Of a stretch of 64,000 nt of DNA, positions 37,001 to 52,000 are shown piece after piece. How positions within the stretch are numbered: position 1 is the first letter of the stretch; each line of letters opens with the position of its first letter. The DNA is from Eledone cirrhosa (Eukaryota), in assembly GCA_964016885.1 (NCBI GenBank), contig OZ024742.1, forward strand, positions 11,408,001 to 11,472,000, written 5' to 3'. Made by a program: the position numbers and the translations under genes. The notes beneath the pieces are model-generated. The model was not told the DNA's origin. It saw nothing but the letters and a program-made list of their open reading frames with translations, and did not search any database.

Positions 37001-40000
37001 CTCCTGACTGATTGGTTTAAGGTAGAGCTTGTAGCAGTGGAGTCTTCTGACGTTCTTGGTCCCGGGACCACAACACTGCTGACTGATTGGTTTAAGGTAG
37101 AGCTTGTAGCAGTGGAGTCTTGTGACGTTCTTGGTCCCGGGACCACAACACTGCTGACTGATTGGTTTAAGGTAGAGCTTGTAGCAGTGGAGTCTTCTGA
37201 CGTTCTTGGTCTCGGGACCCCAACACTCCTGACTGATTGGTTTAAGGTAGAGCTTGTAGCAGTGGAGACTTCGGGCGTTCTTGGTCCCGGGACCCCAACA
37301 CTGCTGACTGATTGGTTTAAGGTAGAGCTTGTAGCAGTGGAGTCTTCTGACGTTCTTGGTCCCGGGACCCCAACACTCCTGACTGATTGGTTTAAGGTAG
37401 AGCTTGTAGCAGTGGAGTCTTCTGACGTTCTTGGTCCCGGGACCACAACACTGCTGACTGATTGGTTTAAGGTAGAGCTTGTAGCAGTGGAGTCTTCTGA
37501 CGTTCTTGGTCCCGGGACCACAACACTGCTGACTGATTGGTTTAAGGTAGAGCTTGTAGCAGTGGAGTCTTCTGACGTTCTTGGTCCCGGGACCACAACA
37601 CTGCTGACTGATTGGTTTAAGGTAGAGCTTGTAGCAGTGGAGTCTTCTGACGTTCTTGGTCCCGGGACCCCAACACTCCTGACTGATTGGTTTAAGGTAG
37701 AGCTTGTAGCAGTGGAGTCTTCTGACGTTCTTGGTCCCGGGACCACAACACTGCTGACTGATTGGTTTAAGGTAGAGCTTGTAGCAGTGGAGTCTTCTGA
37801 CGTTCTTGGTCCCGGGACCACAACACTGCTGACTGATTGGTTTAAGGTAGAGCTTGTAGCAGTGGAGTCTTCTGACGTTCTTGGTCCCGGGACCACAACA
37901 CTGCTGACTGATTGGTTTAAGGTAGAGCTTGTAGCAGTGGAGACTTCCGGCGTTCTTGGTCTCGGGACCCTAACACTCCTGACTGATTGGTTTAAGGTAG
38001 AGCTTGTAGCAGTGGAGTGTTCTGACGTTCTTGGTCCCGGGACCACAACACTCCTGACTGATTGGTTTAAGGTAGAGCTTGTAGCAGTGGAGTGTTCTGA
38101 CGTTCTTGATCCCGGGACCACAACACTCCTGACTGATTAGTTTAAGGTAGAGCTTGTAGCAGTGGAGTCTGCTGACGTTTTTGGTCCCGGGACCACAACA
38201 CTGCTGACTGATTGGTTTAAGGTAGAGCTTGTAGCAGTTGAGACTTCGGGTGTTCTTGGTCTCGGACCCCAACAATCCTGACTGATTGGTTTAAGGTAGA
38301 GCTTGTAGCAGTGGAGTCTTCTGACTTTCTTGGTCCCGGGACCACAACACTGCTGACTGATTGGTTTAAGGTAGAGCTTGTAGCAGTGGAGACATCGGGC
38401 GTCCTTGGTCCCGGGACCACAACACTGCTGACTGATTGGTTTAAGGTAGAGCTTGTAGCAGTGGAGTCTTCTAACGTTCTTGGTCCCGGGACCACAACAC
38501 TGCTGACTGATTGGTTTAAGGTAGAGCTTGTAGCAGTGGAGTCTTCTGACGTTCTTGGTCCCGGGACCACAACACTGCTGACTGATTGGTTTAAGGTAGA
38601 GCTTGTAGCAGTGGAGTCTTCTGACGTTCTTGGTCCCGGGACCACAACACTGCTGACTGATTGGTTTAAGGTAGAGCTTGTAGCAGTGGAGTCTTCTGAC
38701 GTTCTTGGTCCCGGGACCACAACACTCCTCACTGATTAGTTTAAGGTAGAGCTTGTAGCAGTGGAGTCTTCTGACGTTCTTGGTCCCGGGACCACAACAC
38801 TGCTGACTGATTGGTTTAAGGTAGAGCTTATAGCAGTGGAGACTTCCGGCGTTCTTGTTCTCGGGACCCCAACACTCCTCACTGATTGGTTTAAGGTAGA
38901 GCTTGTAGCAGTGGAGTCTTCTGACGTTCTTGGTCCCGGGACCACAACATTCCTGACTGATTGGTTTAAGGTAGAGCTTGTAGCAGTGGAGACTTCGGGC
39001 GTTCTTGGTCCCGGGACCACAACACTGCTGACTGATTGGTTTAAGGTAGAGCTTGTAGCAGTGGAGTGTTCTGACGTTCTTGATCCCGGGACCACAACAC
39101 TCCTGACTGATTAGTTTAAGGTAGAGCTTGTAGCAGTCGAGTCTGCTGACGTTCTTGGTCCCGGGACCACAACACTGCTGACTGATTGGTTTAAGGTAGA
39201 GCTTGTAGCAGTGGAGACTTCGGGCGTTCTTGGTCCCGGGACCACAACACTGCTGACTGATTGCTTTAAGGTAGAGCTTGTAGCAGTGGAGTCTTCTGAC
39301 GTTCTTGGTCCCGGGACCACAACACCGCTGACTGATTGGTTTAAGGTAGAGCTTGTAGCAGTGGAGACTTCCGGCGTTCATGGTCTTGGGACCCCAACAC
39401 TCCTGACTGATTGGTTTAAGGTAGAGCTTGTAGCAGTGGTGTCTTCTGGCGTTCTTGGTCCCGGGACCACAACACTGCTGACTGATTGGTTTAAGGTAGA
39501 GCTTGTAGCAGTGGAGACTTCGGGCATTCTTGGTCCCGGGTCTACAACACTGCTGACTGATTGCTTTAAGGTAGAGCTTGTAGCAGTGGAGACTTCGGGC
39601 GTTCTTGGTCCCGGGACCACAACACTGCTGACTGATTGGTTTAAGTTAGAGCTTGTAGCAGAGGAGTCTTCTGACGTTCTTGGTCCCGGGACCACAACAC
39701 TGCTGACTGATTGGTTTAAGGTAGAGCTTGTAGCAGTGGAGTCTTCGGGCATTCTTTGTCCCGGGACCACAACACTGCTGACTGATTGGTTTAAGGTAGA
39801 GCTTGAAGCAGCGGAGTCTTCTGACGTTCTTGGTCCCGGGACCACAACACTCCTGACTGATTGGTTTAAGGTAGAGCTTGTAGCAGTGGAGACTTCGGGC
39901 GTTCTTGGTCCCAGGACCACAACACTGCTGACTGATTGCTTTAAGGTAGAGCTTGTAGCAGTGGAGTCTTCTGACGTTCTTGGTCCCGGGACCACAACAC

Positions 40001-43000
40001 TGCTGACTGATTGGTTTAAGGTAGAGCTTGTAGCAGTGGAGACTACCGGCGTTCTTGGTCTCGGGACCCCAACACTCCTGACTGATTGGTTTAAGGTAGA
40101 GCTTGTAGCAGTGGAGTCTTCTGACGTTCTTGGTCCCGGGACCACAACACTGCTGACTGATTGGTTTAAGGTAGAGCTTGTAGCAGTGGAGTCTTGTGAC
40201 GTTCTTGGTCCCGGGACCACAACACTGCTGACTGATTGGTTTAAGGTAGAGCTTGTAGCAGTGGAGTCTTCTGACGTTCTTGGTCTCGGGACCCCAACAC
40301 TCCTGACTGATTGGTTTAAGGTAGAGCTTGTAGCAGTGGAGACTTCGGGCGTTCTTGGTCCCGGGACCACAACACTGCTGACTGATTGGTTTAAGGTAGA
40401 GCTTGTAGAAGTGGAGTCTTCTGACGTTCTTGGTCCCGGGACCCCAACACTCCTGACTGATTGGTTTAAGGTAGAGCTTGTAGCAGTGGAGTCTTCTGAC
40501 GTTCTTGGTCCCGGGACCACAACACTGCTGACTGATTGGTTTAAGGTAGAGCTTGTTGCAGTGGAGACTTCTGACGTTCTTGGTCCCGGGACCACAACAC
40601 TGCTGACTGATTGGTTTAAGGTAGAGCTTGTAGCAGTGGAGTGTTCTGACGTTCTTGGTCCCGGGACCACAACACTGCTGACTGATTAGTTTAAGGTAGA
40701 CCTTGTAGCAGTGGAGTCTTCTGACGTTCTTGGTCCCGGGACCACAACACTGCTGACTGATTGGTTTAAGGTAGAGCTTGTATCAGTGGAGTCTTCTGAC
40801 GTTCTTGGTGCCGGGACCACAACACTGCTGACTGATTGGTTTAAGGTAGAGCTTGTAGCATTGGAGTCTTCTGACGTTCTTGGTCCCGGGACCACAACAC
40901 TTCTGACTGATTGGTTTAAGGTAGAGCTTGTAGCAGTGGAGTCTTCTGACGTTCTTGGTCCCGGAACCCCAACACTCCTGACTGATTGGTTTAAGGTAGA
41001 GCTTGTAGCAGTGGAGTCTTCTGACGTTCTTGGTCCCGGGACCACAACACTGCTGACTGATTGGTTTAAGGTAGAGCTTGTAGCAGTGGAGTCTTCTGAC
41101 GTTCTTGGTCCCGGGACCACAATACTCCTCACTGATTAGTTTAAGGTAGAGCTTGTAGCAGTGGAGTTTTCTGACGTTCTTGGTCCCGGGACCACAACAC
41201 TGCTGACTGATTGGTTTAAGGTAGAGCTTGTAGCAGTGGAGACTTCCGGCGTTCTTGGTCTCGGGACCCCAACACTCCTGACTGATTGGTTTAAGGTAGA
41301 GCTTGTAGCAGTGGAGTCTTCTGACGTTCTCGGTCCCGGGACCACAACACTCCTGACTGATTGGTTTAAGGTAGAGCTTGTAGCAGTGGAGACTTGTGAC
41401 GTTCTTGGTCCCGGGACCACAACACTGCTGACTGATTGGTTTAAGGTAGAGCTTGTAGCAGTGGAGTCTTCTGACGTTCTTGGTCTCGGGACCCCAACAC
41501 TCCTGACTGATTGGTTTAAGGTAGAGCTTGTAGCAGTGGAGTCTTCTGACGTTCTTGGTCCCGGGACCACAACACTGCTGACTGATTGGTTTAAGGTAGA
41601 GCTTGTAGCAGTGGAGTCTTCTGACGTTCTTGGTCCCGGGACCACAACACTCCTCACTGATTAGTTTAAGGTAGAGCTTGTAGCAGTGGAGTCTTCTGAC
41701 GTTCTTGGTCCCGGGACCACAACACTGCTGACTGATTGGTTTAAGGTAGAGCTTATAGCAGTGGAGACTTCCGGCGTTCTTGTTCTCGGGACCCCAACAC
41801 TGCTGACTGATTGGTTTAAGGTAGAGCTTGTAGCAGTGGAGTCTTCTGACGTTCTTGGTCCCGGGACCACAACATTCCTGACTGATTGGTTTAAGGTAGA
41901 GCTTGTAGCAGTGGAGACTTCGGGCGTTCTTGGTCCCGGGACCACAACACTGCTGACTGATTGGTTTAAGGTAGAGCTTGTAGCAGTGGAGACTTCGGGC
42001 ATTCTTGGTCCCGGGACTACAACACTGCTGACTGATTGCTTTAAGGTAGAGCTTGTAGCAGTGGAGACTTCGGGCGTTCTTGGTCCCGGGACCACAACAC
42101 TGCTGACTGATTGGTTTAAGTTAGAGCTTGTAGCAGAGGAGTCTTCTGACGTTCTTGGTCCCGGGACCACAACACTGCTGACTGATTGGTTTAAGGTAGA
42201 GCTTGTAGCAGTGGAGTCTTCGGGCATTCTTTGTCCCGGGACCACAACACTGCTGACTGATTGGTTTAAGGTAGAGCTTGAAGCAGCGGAGTCTTCTGAC
42301 GTTCTTGGTCCCGGGACCACAACACTCCTGACTGATTGGTTTAAGGTAGAGCTTGTAGCAGTGGAGACTTCGGGCGTTCTTGGTCCCAGGACCACAACAC
42401 TGCTGACTGATTGCTTTAAGGTAGAGCTTGTAGCAGTGGAGTCTTCTGACGTTCTTGGTCCCGGGACCACAACACTGCTGACTGATTGGTTTAAGGTAGA
42501 GCTTGTAGCAGTGGAGACTACCGGCGTTCTTGGTCTCGGGACCCCAACACTCCTGACTGATTGGTTTAAGGTAGAGCTTGTAGCAGTGGAGTCTTCTGAC
42601 GTTCTTGGTCCCGTGACCACAACACTGCTGACTGATTGGTTTAAGGTAGAGCTTGTAGCAGTGGAGTCTTGTGACGTTCTTGGTCCCGGGACCACAACAC
42701 TGCTGACTGATTGGTTTAAGGTAGAGCTTGTAGCAGTGGAGTCTTCTGACGTTCTTGGTCTCGGGACCCCAACACTCCTGACTGATTGGTTTAAGGTAGA
42801 GCTTGTAGCAGTGGAGACTTCGGGCGTTCTTGGTCCCGGGACCACAACACTGCTGACTGATTGGTTTAAGGTAGAGCTTGTAGCAGTGGAGTCTTCTGAC
42901 GTTCTTGGTCCCGGGACCCCAACACTCCTGACTGATTGGTTTAAGGTAGAGCTTGTAGCAGTGGAGTCTTCTGACGTTCTTGGTCCCGGGACCACAACAC

Positions 43001-46000
43001 TGCTGACTGATTGGTTTAAGGTAGAGCTTGTTGCAGTGGAGACTTCTGACGTTCTTGGTCCCGGGACCACAACACTGATGACTGATTGGTTTAAGGTAGA
43101 GCTTGTAGCAGTGGAGTGTTCTGACGTTCTTGGTCCCGGGACCACAACACTGCTGACTGATTAGTTTAAGGTAGACCTTGTAGCAGTGGAGTCTTCTGAC
43201 GTTCTTGGTCCCGGGACCACAACACTGCTGACTGATTGGTTTAAGGTAGAGCTTGTATCAGTGGAGTCTTCTGACGTTCTTGGTGCCGGGACCACAACAC
43301 TGCTGACTGATTGGTTTAAGGTAGAGCTTGTAGCATTGGAGTCTTCTGACGTTCTTGGTCCCGGGACCACAACACTTCTGACTGATTGGTTTAAGGTAGA
43401 GCTTGTAGCAGTGGAGTCTTCTGACGTTCTTGGTCCCGGAACCCCAACACTCCTGACTGATTGGTTTAAGGTAGAGCTTGTAGCAGTGGAGTCTTCTGAC
43501 GTTCTTGGTCCCGGGACCACAACACTGCTGACTGATTGGTTTAAGGTAGAGCTTGTAGCAGTGGAGTCTTCTGACGTTCTTGGTCCCGGGACCACAATAC
43601 TCCTCACTGATTAGTTTAAGGTAGAGCTTGTAGCAGTGGAGTTTTCTGACGTTCTTGGTCCCGGGACCACAACACTGCTGACTGATTGGTTTAGGGTAGA
43701 GCTTGTAGCAGTGGAGACTTCCGGCGTTCTTGGTCTCGGGACCCCAACACTCCTGACTGATTGGTTTAAGGTAGAGCTTGTAGCAGTGGAGTCTTCTGAC
43801 GTTCTCGGTCCCGGGACCACAACACTCCTGACTGATTGGTTTAAGGTAGAGCTTGTAGCAGTGGAGACTTCGGGCGTTCTTCGTCCCGGCACCACAACAC
43901 TGCTGACTGATTGCTTTAAGGTAGAGGTTGTAGCAGTGGAGTCTTCTGACGTTCTTGGTCCCGGGACCACAACACTGCTGACTGATTGGTTTAAGGTAGA
44001 GCTTGTAGCAGTGGAGACTTCTGACGTTCTTGGTCCCGGGACCACAACACTGCTGACTGATTGGTTTAAGGTAGAGCTTGTAGCAGTGGAGTGTTCTGAC
44101 GTTCTTGGTCCCGGGACCACAACACTGCTGACTGATTAGTTTAAGGTAGACCTTGTAGCAGTGGAGTTTTCTGACGTTCTTGGTCCCGGGACCACAACAC
44201 TGCTGACTGATTGGTTTAAGGTAGAGCTTGTAGCAGTGGAGTCTTCTGACGTTCTTGGTCCCGGGACCACAACACTTCTGACTGATTGGTTTAAGGTAGA
44301 GCTTGTAGCAGTGGAGTCTTCTGACGTTCTTGGTCCCGGAACCCCAACACTCCTGACTGATTGGTTTAAGGTAGAGCTTGTAGCAGTGGAGTCTTCTGAC
44401 GTTCTTGGTCCCTGGACGACAACACTGCTGACTGATTGGTTTAAGGTAGAGCTTGTAGCAGTGGAGTCTTCTGACGTTCTTGGTCCCGGGACCACAATAC
44501 TCCTCACTGATTAGTTTAAGGTAGAGCTTGTAGCAGTGGAGTCTTCTAACGTTCTTGGTCCCGGGACCACAACACTGCTGACTGATTGGTTTAAGGTAGA
44601 GCTTGTAGCAGTGGAGACTTCCGGCGTTCTTGGTCTCGGGACCCCAACACTCCTGACTGATTGGTTTAAGGTAGAGCTTGTAGCAGTGGAGTCTTCTGAC
44701 GTTCTCGGTCCCGGGACCACAACACTCCTGACTGATTGGTTTAAGGTAGAGCTTGTAGCAGTGGAGACTTCGGGCGTTCTTGGTCCCGGGACCACAACAC
44801 TGCTGACTGATTGCTTTAAGTTAGAGGTTGTAGCAGTGGAGTCTTCTGACGTTCTTGGTCCCGGGACCACAACACTGCTGACTGATTGGTTTAAGGTAGA
44901 GCTTGTAGCAGTGGAGACTTCGGGCATTCTTGGTCCCGGGACCACAACACTGCTGACTGATTGGTTTAAGGTAGAGCTTGTAGCAGTGGAGACTTCCGGC
45001 GTTCTTGGTCCCGGGACCACAACACTGCTGACTGATTGCTTTAAGGTAGAGCTTGTAGCAGTGGAGTCTTCTGACGTTCTTGGTCCCAGGACCACAACAC
45101 TGCTGACTGATTGGTTTAAGGTAGAGCTTGTAGCAGTGGAGTCTTCTGACGTTCTTGGTCCCGGGACCACAACACTGCTGACTGATTGGTTTAAGGTAGA
45201 GCTTGTAGCAGTGGAGACTTCGGGCATTCTTGGTCCCGGGACCACAGCACTGCTGACTGATGGGTTTAAGGTAGTGCTTGTAGCAGTGGAGAATTCGGGC
45301 GTTCTTGGTCGCGGGACCACAACATTGCTGACTGATTGCTTTAAGGTAGAGCTTGTAGCAGTGGAGTCTACTGACGTTCTTGGTCCCGGGACCACAACAC
45401 TCCTGACTGATTGGTTTAAGGTAGAGCTTGTAGCATTGGAGTCTTCTGACGTTCTTGGTCCCGGGACCACAACACTCCTGACTGATTGGTTTAAGGTAGA
45501 GCTTGTAGCAGTGGAGTCTTCTGTCGTTCTTGGTCCCGGGACAACAACACTGCTGACTGATTGGTTTAAGGTAGAGCTTATAGCAGTGGAGACTTCCGGC
45601 GTTCTTGGTCTCGGGACCCCAACACTCCTGACTGCTTGGTTTAAGGTAGAGCTTGTAGCAGTGGAGTCTTCTGACGTTCTTGGTCCCGGGACCACAACAC
45701 TGCTGACTGATTGGTTTAAGGTGGAGCTTGTAGCAGTGGAGTGTTCTGACGTTCTTGGTCCCGGGACCAGAACACTCCTGATGATTAGTTTAAGGTAGAG
45801 CTTGTATCAGTGGAGTCTTCTGACGTTCTTGGTCCCGGGACCACAACACTGCTGACTGATTGGTTTAAGGTAGAGCTTGTAGCAGTGGAGACTTCGGGCG
45901 TTCTTGGTCTCGGGACCCCAACACTCCTGACTGATTGGTTTAAGGTAGAGCTTGTAGCAGTGGAGTCTTCTGACGTTCTTGGTCCCGGGACCACAACACT

Positions 46001-49000
46001 GCTGACTGATTGGTTTAAGGAAGAGCTTGTAGCAGTGGAGACTTCGGGCGTTCTTGGTCCCGGGACCACAACACTGCTGACTGATTGGTTTAAGGTAGAG
46101 CTTGTAGCAGTGGAGACTTCCGGCGTTCTTGGTCTCGGGACCCCAACACTCGTGACTGATTGGTTTAAGGTAGAGCTTGTAGCAGTGGAGTCTTCTGACG
46201 TTCTCGGTCCCGGGACCACAACACTCCTGACTGATTGGTTTAAGGTAGAGCTTGTAGCAGTGGAGACTTCGGGCGTTCTTGGTCCCGGGACCACAACACT
46301 GCTGACTGATTGCTTTAAGGTAGAGCTTGTAGCAGTGGAGTCTTCAGACGTTCTTGGTCCCGGGACCACAACACTGCTGACTGATTGGTTTAAGGTAGAG
46401 CTTGTAGCAGTGGAGACTTCGGGCATTCTTGGTCCCGGGACCACAACACTGCTGACTGATTGGTTTAAGGTAGAGCTGGTAGCAGTGGAGACTTCCGGCG
46501 TTCTTGGTCCCGGGACCACAACACTGCTGACTGATCGCTTTAAGGTAGAGCTTGTAGCAGTGGAGTCTTCTGACGTTCTTGGTCCCAGGACCACAACACT
46601 GCTGACTGATTGGTTTAAGGTAGAGCTTGTAGCAGTGGAGTCTTCTGACGTTCTTGGTCCCGGGACCACAACACTCCTGACTGATTTGTTTAAGGTAGAG
46701 CTTGTAGCAGTGGAGACTTCCGGCGTTCTTGGTCTCGGGACACCAACACTCCTGACTGATTGGTTTAAGGTAGAGCTTGTAGCAGTGGAGTCTTCTGACG
46801 TTCTTGGTCCCGGGACCACAACACTGCTGACTGATTGGTTTAAGGTAGAGCTTGTAGCAGAGGAGACTTCTGACGTTCTTGGTCCCGGGACCACAACACT
46901 GCTGACTGATTGGTTTAAGGTAGAGCTTGTAGCAGTGGAGACTTCGGGCGTTCTTGGTCCCGGGACCACAACACTCCTGACTGATTGGTTTAAGGTAGAG
47001 CTTGTAGCAGTGGAGTCTTCTGACGTTCTTGGTCCCGGGACCACAACACTGCTGACTGATTGGTTTAAGGTAGAGCTTGTAGCAGTGGAGACTACCGGCG
47101 TTCTTGGTCTCGGGACCCCAACACTCCTGACTGATTGGTTTAAGGTAGAGCTTGTAGCAGTGGAGTCTTCTGACGTTCTTGGTCCCGGGACCACAACACT
47201 GCTGACTGATTGGTTTAAGGTAGAGCTTGTAGCAGTGGAGTCTTGTGACGTTCTTGGTCCCGGGACCACAACACTGCTGACTGATTGGTTTAAGGTAGAG
47301 CTTGTAGCAGTGGAGTCTTCTGACGTTCTTGGTCTCGGGACCCCAACACTCCTGACTGATTGGTTTAAGGTAGAGCTTGTAGCAGTGGAGACTTCGGGCG
47401 TTCTTGGTCCCGGGACCACAACACTGCTGACTGATTGGTTTAAGGTAGAGCTTGTAGCAGTGGAGTCTTCTGACGTTCTTGGTCCCGGGACCCCAACACT
47501 CCTGACTGATTGGTTTAAGGTAGAGCTTGTAGCAGTGGAGTCTTCTGACGTTCTTGGTCCCGGGACCACAACACTGCTGACTGATTGGTTTAAGGTAGAG
47601 CTTGTTGCAGTGGAGACTTCTGACGTTCTTGGTCCCGGGACCACAACACTGCTGACTGATTGGTTTAAGGTAGAGCTTGTAGCAGTGGAGTGTTCTGACG
47701 TTCTTGGTCCCGGGACCACAACACTACTGACTGATTAGTTTAAGGTAGACCTTGTAGCAGTGGAGTCTTCTGACGTTCTTGGTCCCGGGACCACAACACT
47801 GCTGACTGATTGGTTTAAGGTAGAGCTTGTATCAGTGGAGTCTTCTGACGTTCTTGGTGCCGGGACCACAACACTGCTGACTGATTGGTTTAAGGTAGAG
47901 CTTGTAGCATTGGAGTCTTCTGACGTTCTTGGTCCCGGGACCACAACACTTCTGACTGATTGGTTTAAGGTAGAGCTTGTAGCAGTGGAGTCTTCTGACG
48001 TTCTTGGTCCCGGAACCCCAACACTCCTGACTGATTGGTTTAAGGTAGAGCTTGTAGCAGTGGAGTCTTCTGACGTTCTTGGTCCCGGGACCACAACACT
48101 GCTGACTGATTGGTTTAAGGTAGAGCTTGTAGCAGTGGAGTCTTCTGACGTTCTTGGTCCCGGGACCACAATACTCCTCACTGATTAGTTTAAGGTAGAG
48201 CTTGTAGCAGTGGAGTTTTCTGACGTTCTTGGTCCCGGGACCACAACACTGCTGGCTGATTGGTTTAAGGTAGAGCTTGTAGCAGTGGAGACTTCCGGCG
48301 TTCTTGGTCTCGGGACCCCAACACTCCTGACTGATTGGTTTAAGGTAGAGCTTGTAGCAGTGGAGTCTTCTGACGTTCTCGGTCCCGGGACCACAACACT
48401 CCTGACTGATTGGTTTAAGGTAGAGCTTGTAGCAGTGGAGACTTCGGGCGTTCTTGGTCCCGGGACCACAACACTGCTGACTGATTGCTTTAAGGTAGAG
48501 GTTGTAGCAGTGGAGTCTTCTGACGTTCTTGGTCCCGGGACCACAACACTGCTGACTGATTGGTTTAAGGTAGAGCTTGTAGCAGTGGAGACTTCTGACG
48601 TTCTTGGTCCCGGGACCACAACACTGCTGACTGATTGGTTTAAGGTAGAGCTTGTAGCAGTGGAGTGTTCTGACGTTCTTGGTCCCGGGACCACAACACT
48701 GCTGACTGATTAGTTTAAGGTAGACCTTGTAGCAGTGGAGTTTTCTGACGTTCTTGGTCCCGGGACCACAACACTGCTGACTGATTGGTTTAAGGTAGAG
48801 CTTGTAGCAGTGGAGTCTTCTGACGTTCTTGGTCCCGGGACCACAACACTTCTGACTGATTGGTTTAAGGTAGAGCTTGTAGCAGTGGAGTCTTCTGACG
48901 TTCTTGGTCCCGGAACCCCAACACTCCTGACTGATTGGTTTAAGGTAGAGCTTGTAGCAGTGGAGTCTTCTGACGTTCTTGGTCCCGGGACCACAACACT

Positions 49001-52000
49001 GCTGACTGATTGGTTTAAGGTAGAGCTTGTAGCAGTGGAGTCTTCTGACGTTCTTGGTCCCGGGACCACAATACTCCTCACTGATTAGTTTAAGGTAGAG
49101 TTTGTAGCAGTGGAGTCTTCTGACGTTCTTGGTCCCGGGACCACAACACTGCTGACTGATTGGTTTAAGGTAGAGCTTGTAGCAGTGGAGACTTCCGGCG
49201 TTCTTGGTCTCGGGACCCCAACACTCCTGACTGATTGGTTTAAGGTAGAGCTTGTAGCAGTGGAGTCTTCTGACGTTCTCGGTCCCGGGACCACAACACT
49301 CCTGACTGATTGGTTTAAGGTAGAGCTTGTAGCAGTGGAGACTTCGGGCGTTCTTGGTCCCGGGACCACAACACTGCTGACTGATTGCTTTAAGTTAGAG
49401 GTTGTAGCAGTGGAGTCTTCTGACGTTCTTGGTCCCGGGCCCACAACACTGCTGACTGATTGGTTTAAGGTAGAGCTTGTAGCAGTGGAGACTTCGGGCA
49501 TTCTTGGTCCCGGGACCACAACACTGCTGACTGATTGGTTTAAGGTAGAGCTTGTAGCAGTGGAGACTTCCGGCGTTCTTGGTCCCGGGACCACAACACT
49601 GCTGACTGATTGCTTTAAGGTAGAGCTTGTAGCAGTGGAGTCTTCTGACGTTCTTGGTCCCAGGACCACAACACTGCTGACTGATTGGTTTAAGGTAGAG
49701 CTTGTAGCAGTGGAGTCTTCTGACGTTCTTGGTCCCGGGACCACAACACTGCTGACTGATTGGTTTAAGGTAGAGCTTGTAGCAGTGGAGACTTCGGGCA
49801 TTCTTGGTCCCGGGACCACAGCACTGCTGACTGATGGGTTTAAGGTAGTGCTTGTAGCAGTGGAGAATTCGGGCGTTCTTGGTCGCGGGACCACAACATT
49901 GCTGACTGATTGCTTTAAGGTAGAGCTTGTAGCAGTGGAGTCTACTGACGTTCTTGGTCCCGGGACCACAACACTCCTGACTGATTGGTTTAAGGTAGAG
50001 CTTGTAGCATTGGAGTCTTCTGACGTTCTTGGTCCCGGGACCACAACACTCCTGACTGATTGGTTTAAGGTAGAGCTTGTAGCAGTGGAGTCTTCTGACG
50101 TTCTTGGTCCCGGGACAACAACACTGCTGACTGATTGGTTTAAGGTAGAGCTTATAGCAGTGGAGACTTCCGGCGTTCTTGGTCTCGGGACCCCAACACT
50201 CCTGACTGCTTGGTTTAAGGTAGAGCTTGTAGCAGCGGAGTCTTCTGACGTTCTTGGTCCCGGGACCACAACACTGCTGACTGATTGGTTTAAGGTGGAG
50301 CTTGTAGCAGTGGAGTGTTCTGACGTTCTTGGTCCCGGGACCAGAACACTCCTGATGATTAGTTTAAGGTAGAGCTTGTATCAGTGGAGTCTTCTGACGT
50401 TCTTGGTCCCGGGACCACAACACTGCTGACTGATTGGTTTAAGGTAGAGCTTGTAGCAGTGGAGACTTCGGGCGTTCTTGGTCTCGGGACCCCAACACTC
50501 CTGACTGATTGGTTTAAGGTAGAGCTTGTAGCAGTGGAGTCTTCTGACGTTCTTGGTCCCGGGACCACAACACTGCTGACTGATTGGTTTAAGGAAGAGC
50601 TTGTAGCAGTGGAGACTTCGGGCGTTCTTGGTCCCGGGACCACAACACTGCTGACTGATTGGTTTAAGGTAGAGCTTGTAGCAGTGGAGACTTCCGGCGT
50701 TCTTGGTCTCGGGACCCCAACACTCCTGACTGATTGGTTTAAGGTAGAGCTTGTAGCAGTGGAGTCTTCTGACGTTCTCGGTCCCGGGACCACAACACTC
50801 CTGACTGATTGGTTTAAGGTAGAGCTTGTAGCAGTGGAGACTTCGGGCGTTCTTGGTCCCGGGACCACAACACTGCTGACTGATTGCTTTAAGGTAGAGC
50901 TTGTAGCAGTGGAGTCTTCAGACGTTCTTGGTCCCGGGACCACAACACTGCTGACTGATTGGTTTAAGGTAGAGCTTGTAGCAGTGGAGACTTCGGGCAT
51001 TCTTGGTCCCGGGACCACAACACTGCTGACTGATTGGTTTAAGGTAGAGCTTGTAGCAGTGGAGACTTCCGGCGTTCTTGGTCCCGGGACCACAACACTG
51101 CTGACTGATTGCTTTAAGGTAGAGCTTGTAGCAGTGGAGTCTTCTGACGTTCTTGGTCCCAGGACCACAACACTGCTTACTGATTGGTTTAAGGTAGAGC
51201 TTGTAGCAGTGGAGTCTTCTGACGTTCTTGGTCCCGGGACCACAACACTCCTGACTGATTGGTTTAAGGTAGAGCTTGTAGCAGTGGAGACTTCCGGCGT
51301 TCTTGGTCTCGGGACACCAACACTCCTGACTGATTGGTTTAAGGTAGAGCTTGTAGCAGTGGAGTCATCTGACGTTCTTGGTCCCGGGACCACAACACTG
51401 CTGACTGATTGGTTTAAGGTAGAGCTTGTAGCAGTGGAGACTTCTGACGTTCTTGGTCCCGGGACCACAACACTGCTGACTGATTGGTTTAAGGTAGAGC
51501 TTGTAGCAGTGGAGACTTCGGGCGTTCTTGGTCCCGGGACCACAACACTCCTGACTGATTGGTTTAAGGTAGAGCTTGTAGCAGTGGAGTCTTCTGACGT
51601 TCTTGGTCCCGGGACCACAACACTGCTGACTGATTGGTTTAAGGTAGAGCTTGTAGCAGTGGAGACTTCGGGCATTCTTGGTCCCGGGACCACAACACTC
51701 CTGACTGATTGGTTTAAGGTAGAGCTTGTAGCAGTGGAGTCTTCTGACGTTCTTGGTCCCGGGACCACAACACTGCTGACTGATTGGTTTAAGGTAGAGC
51801 TTGTAGCAGTGGAGACTTCCGGCGTTCTTGGTCTCGGGACACCAACACTCCTGACTGATTGGTTTAAGGTAGAGCTTGTAGCAGTGGAGTCTTCTGACGT
51901 TCTTGGTCCCGGGACCACAACACTGCTGACTGATTGGTTTAAGGTAGAGCTTGTAGCAGTGGAGACTTCTGACGTTCTTGGTCCCGGGACCACAACACTG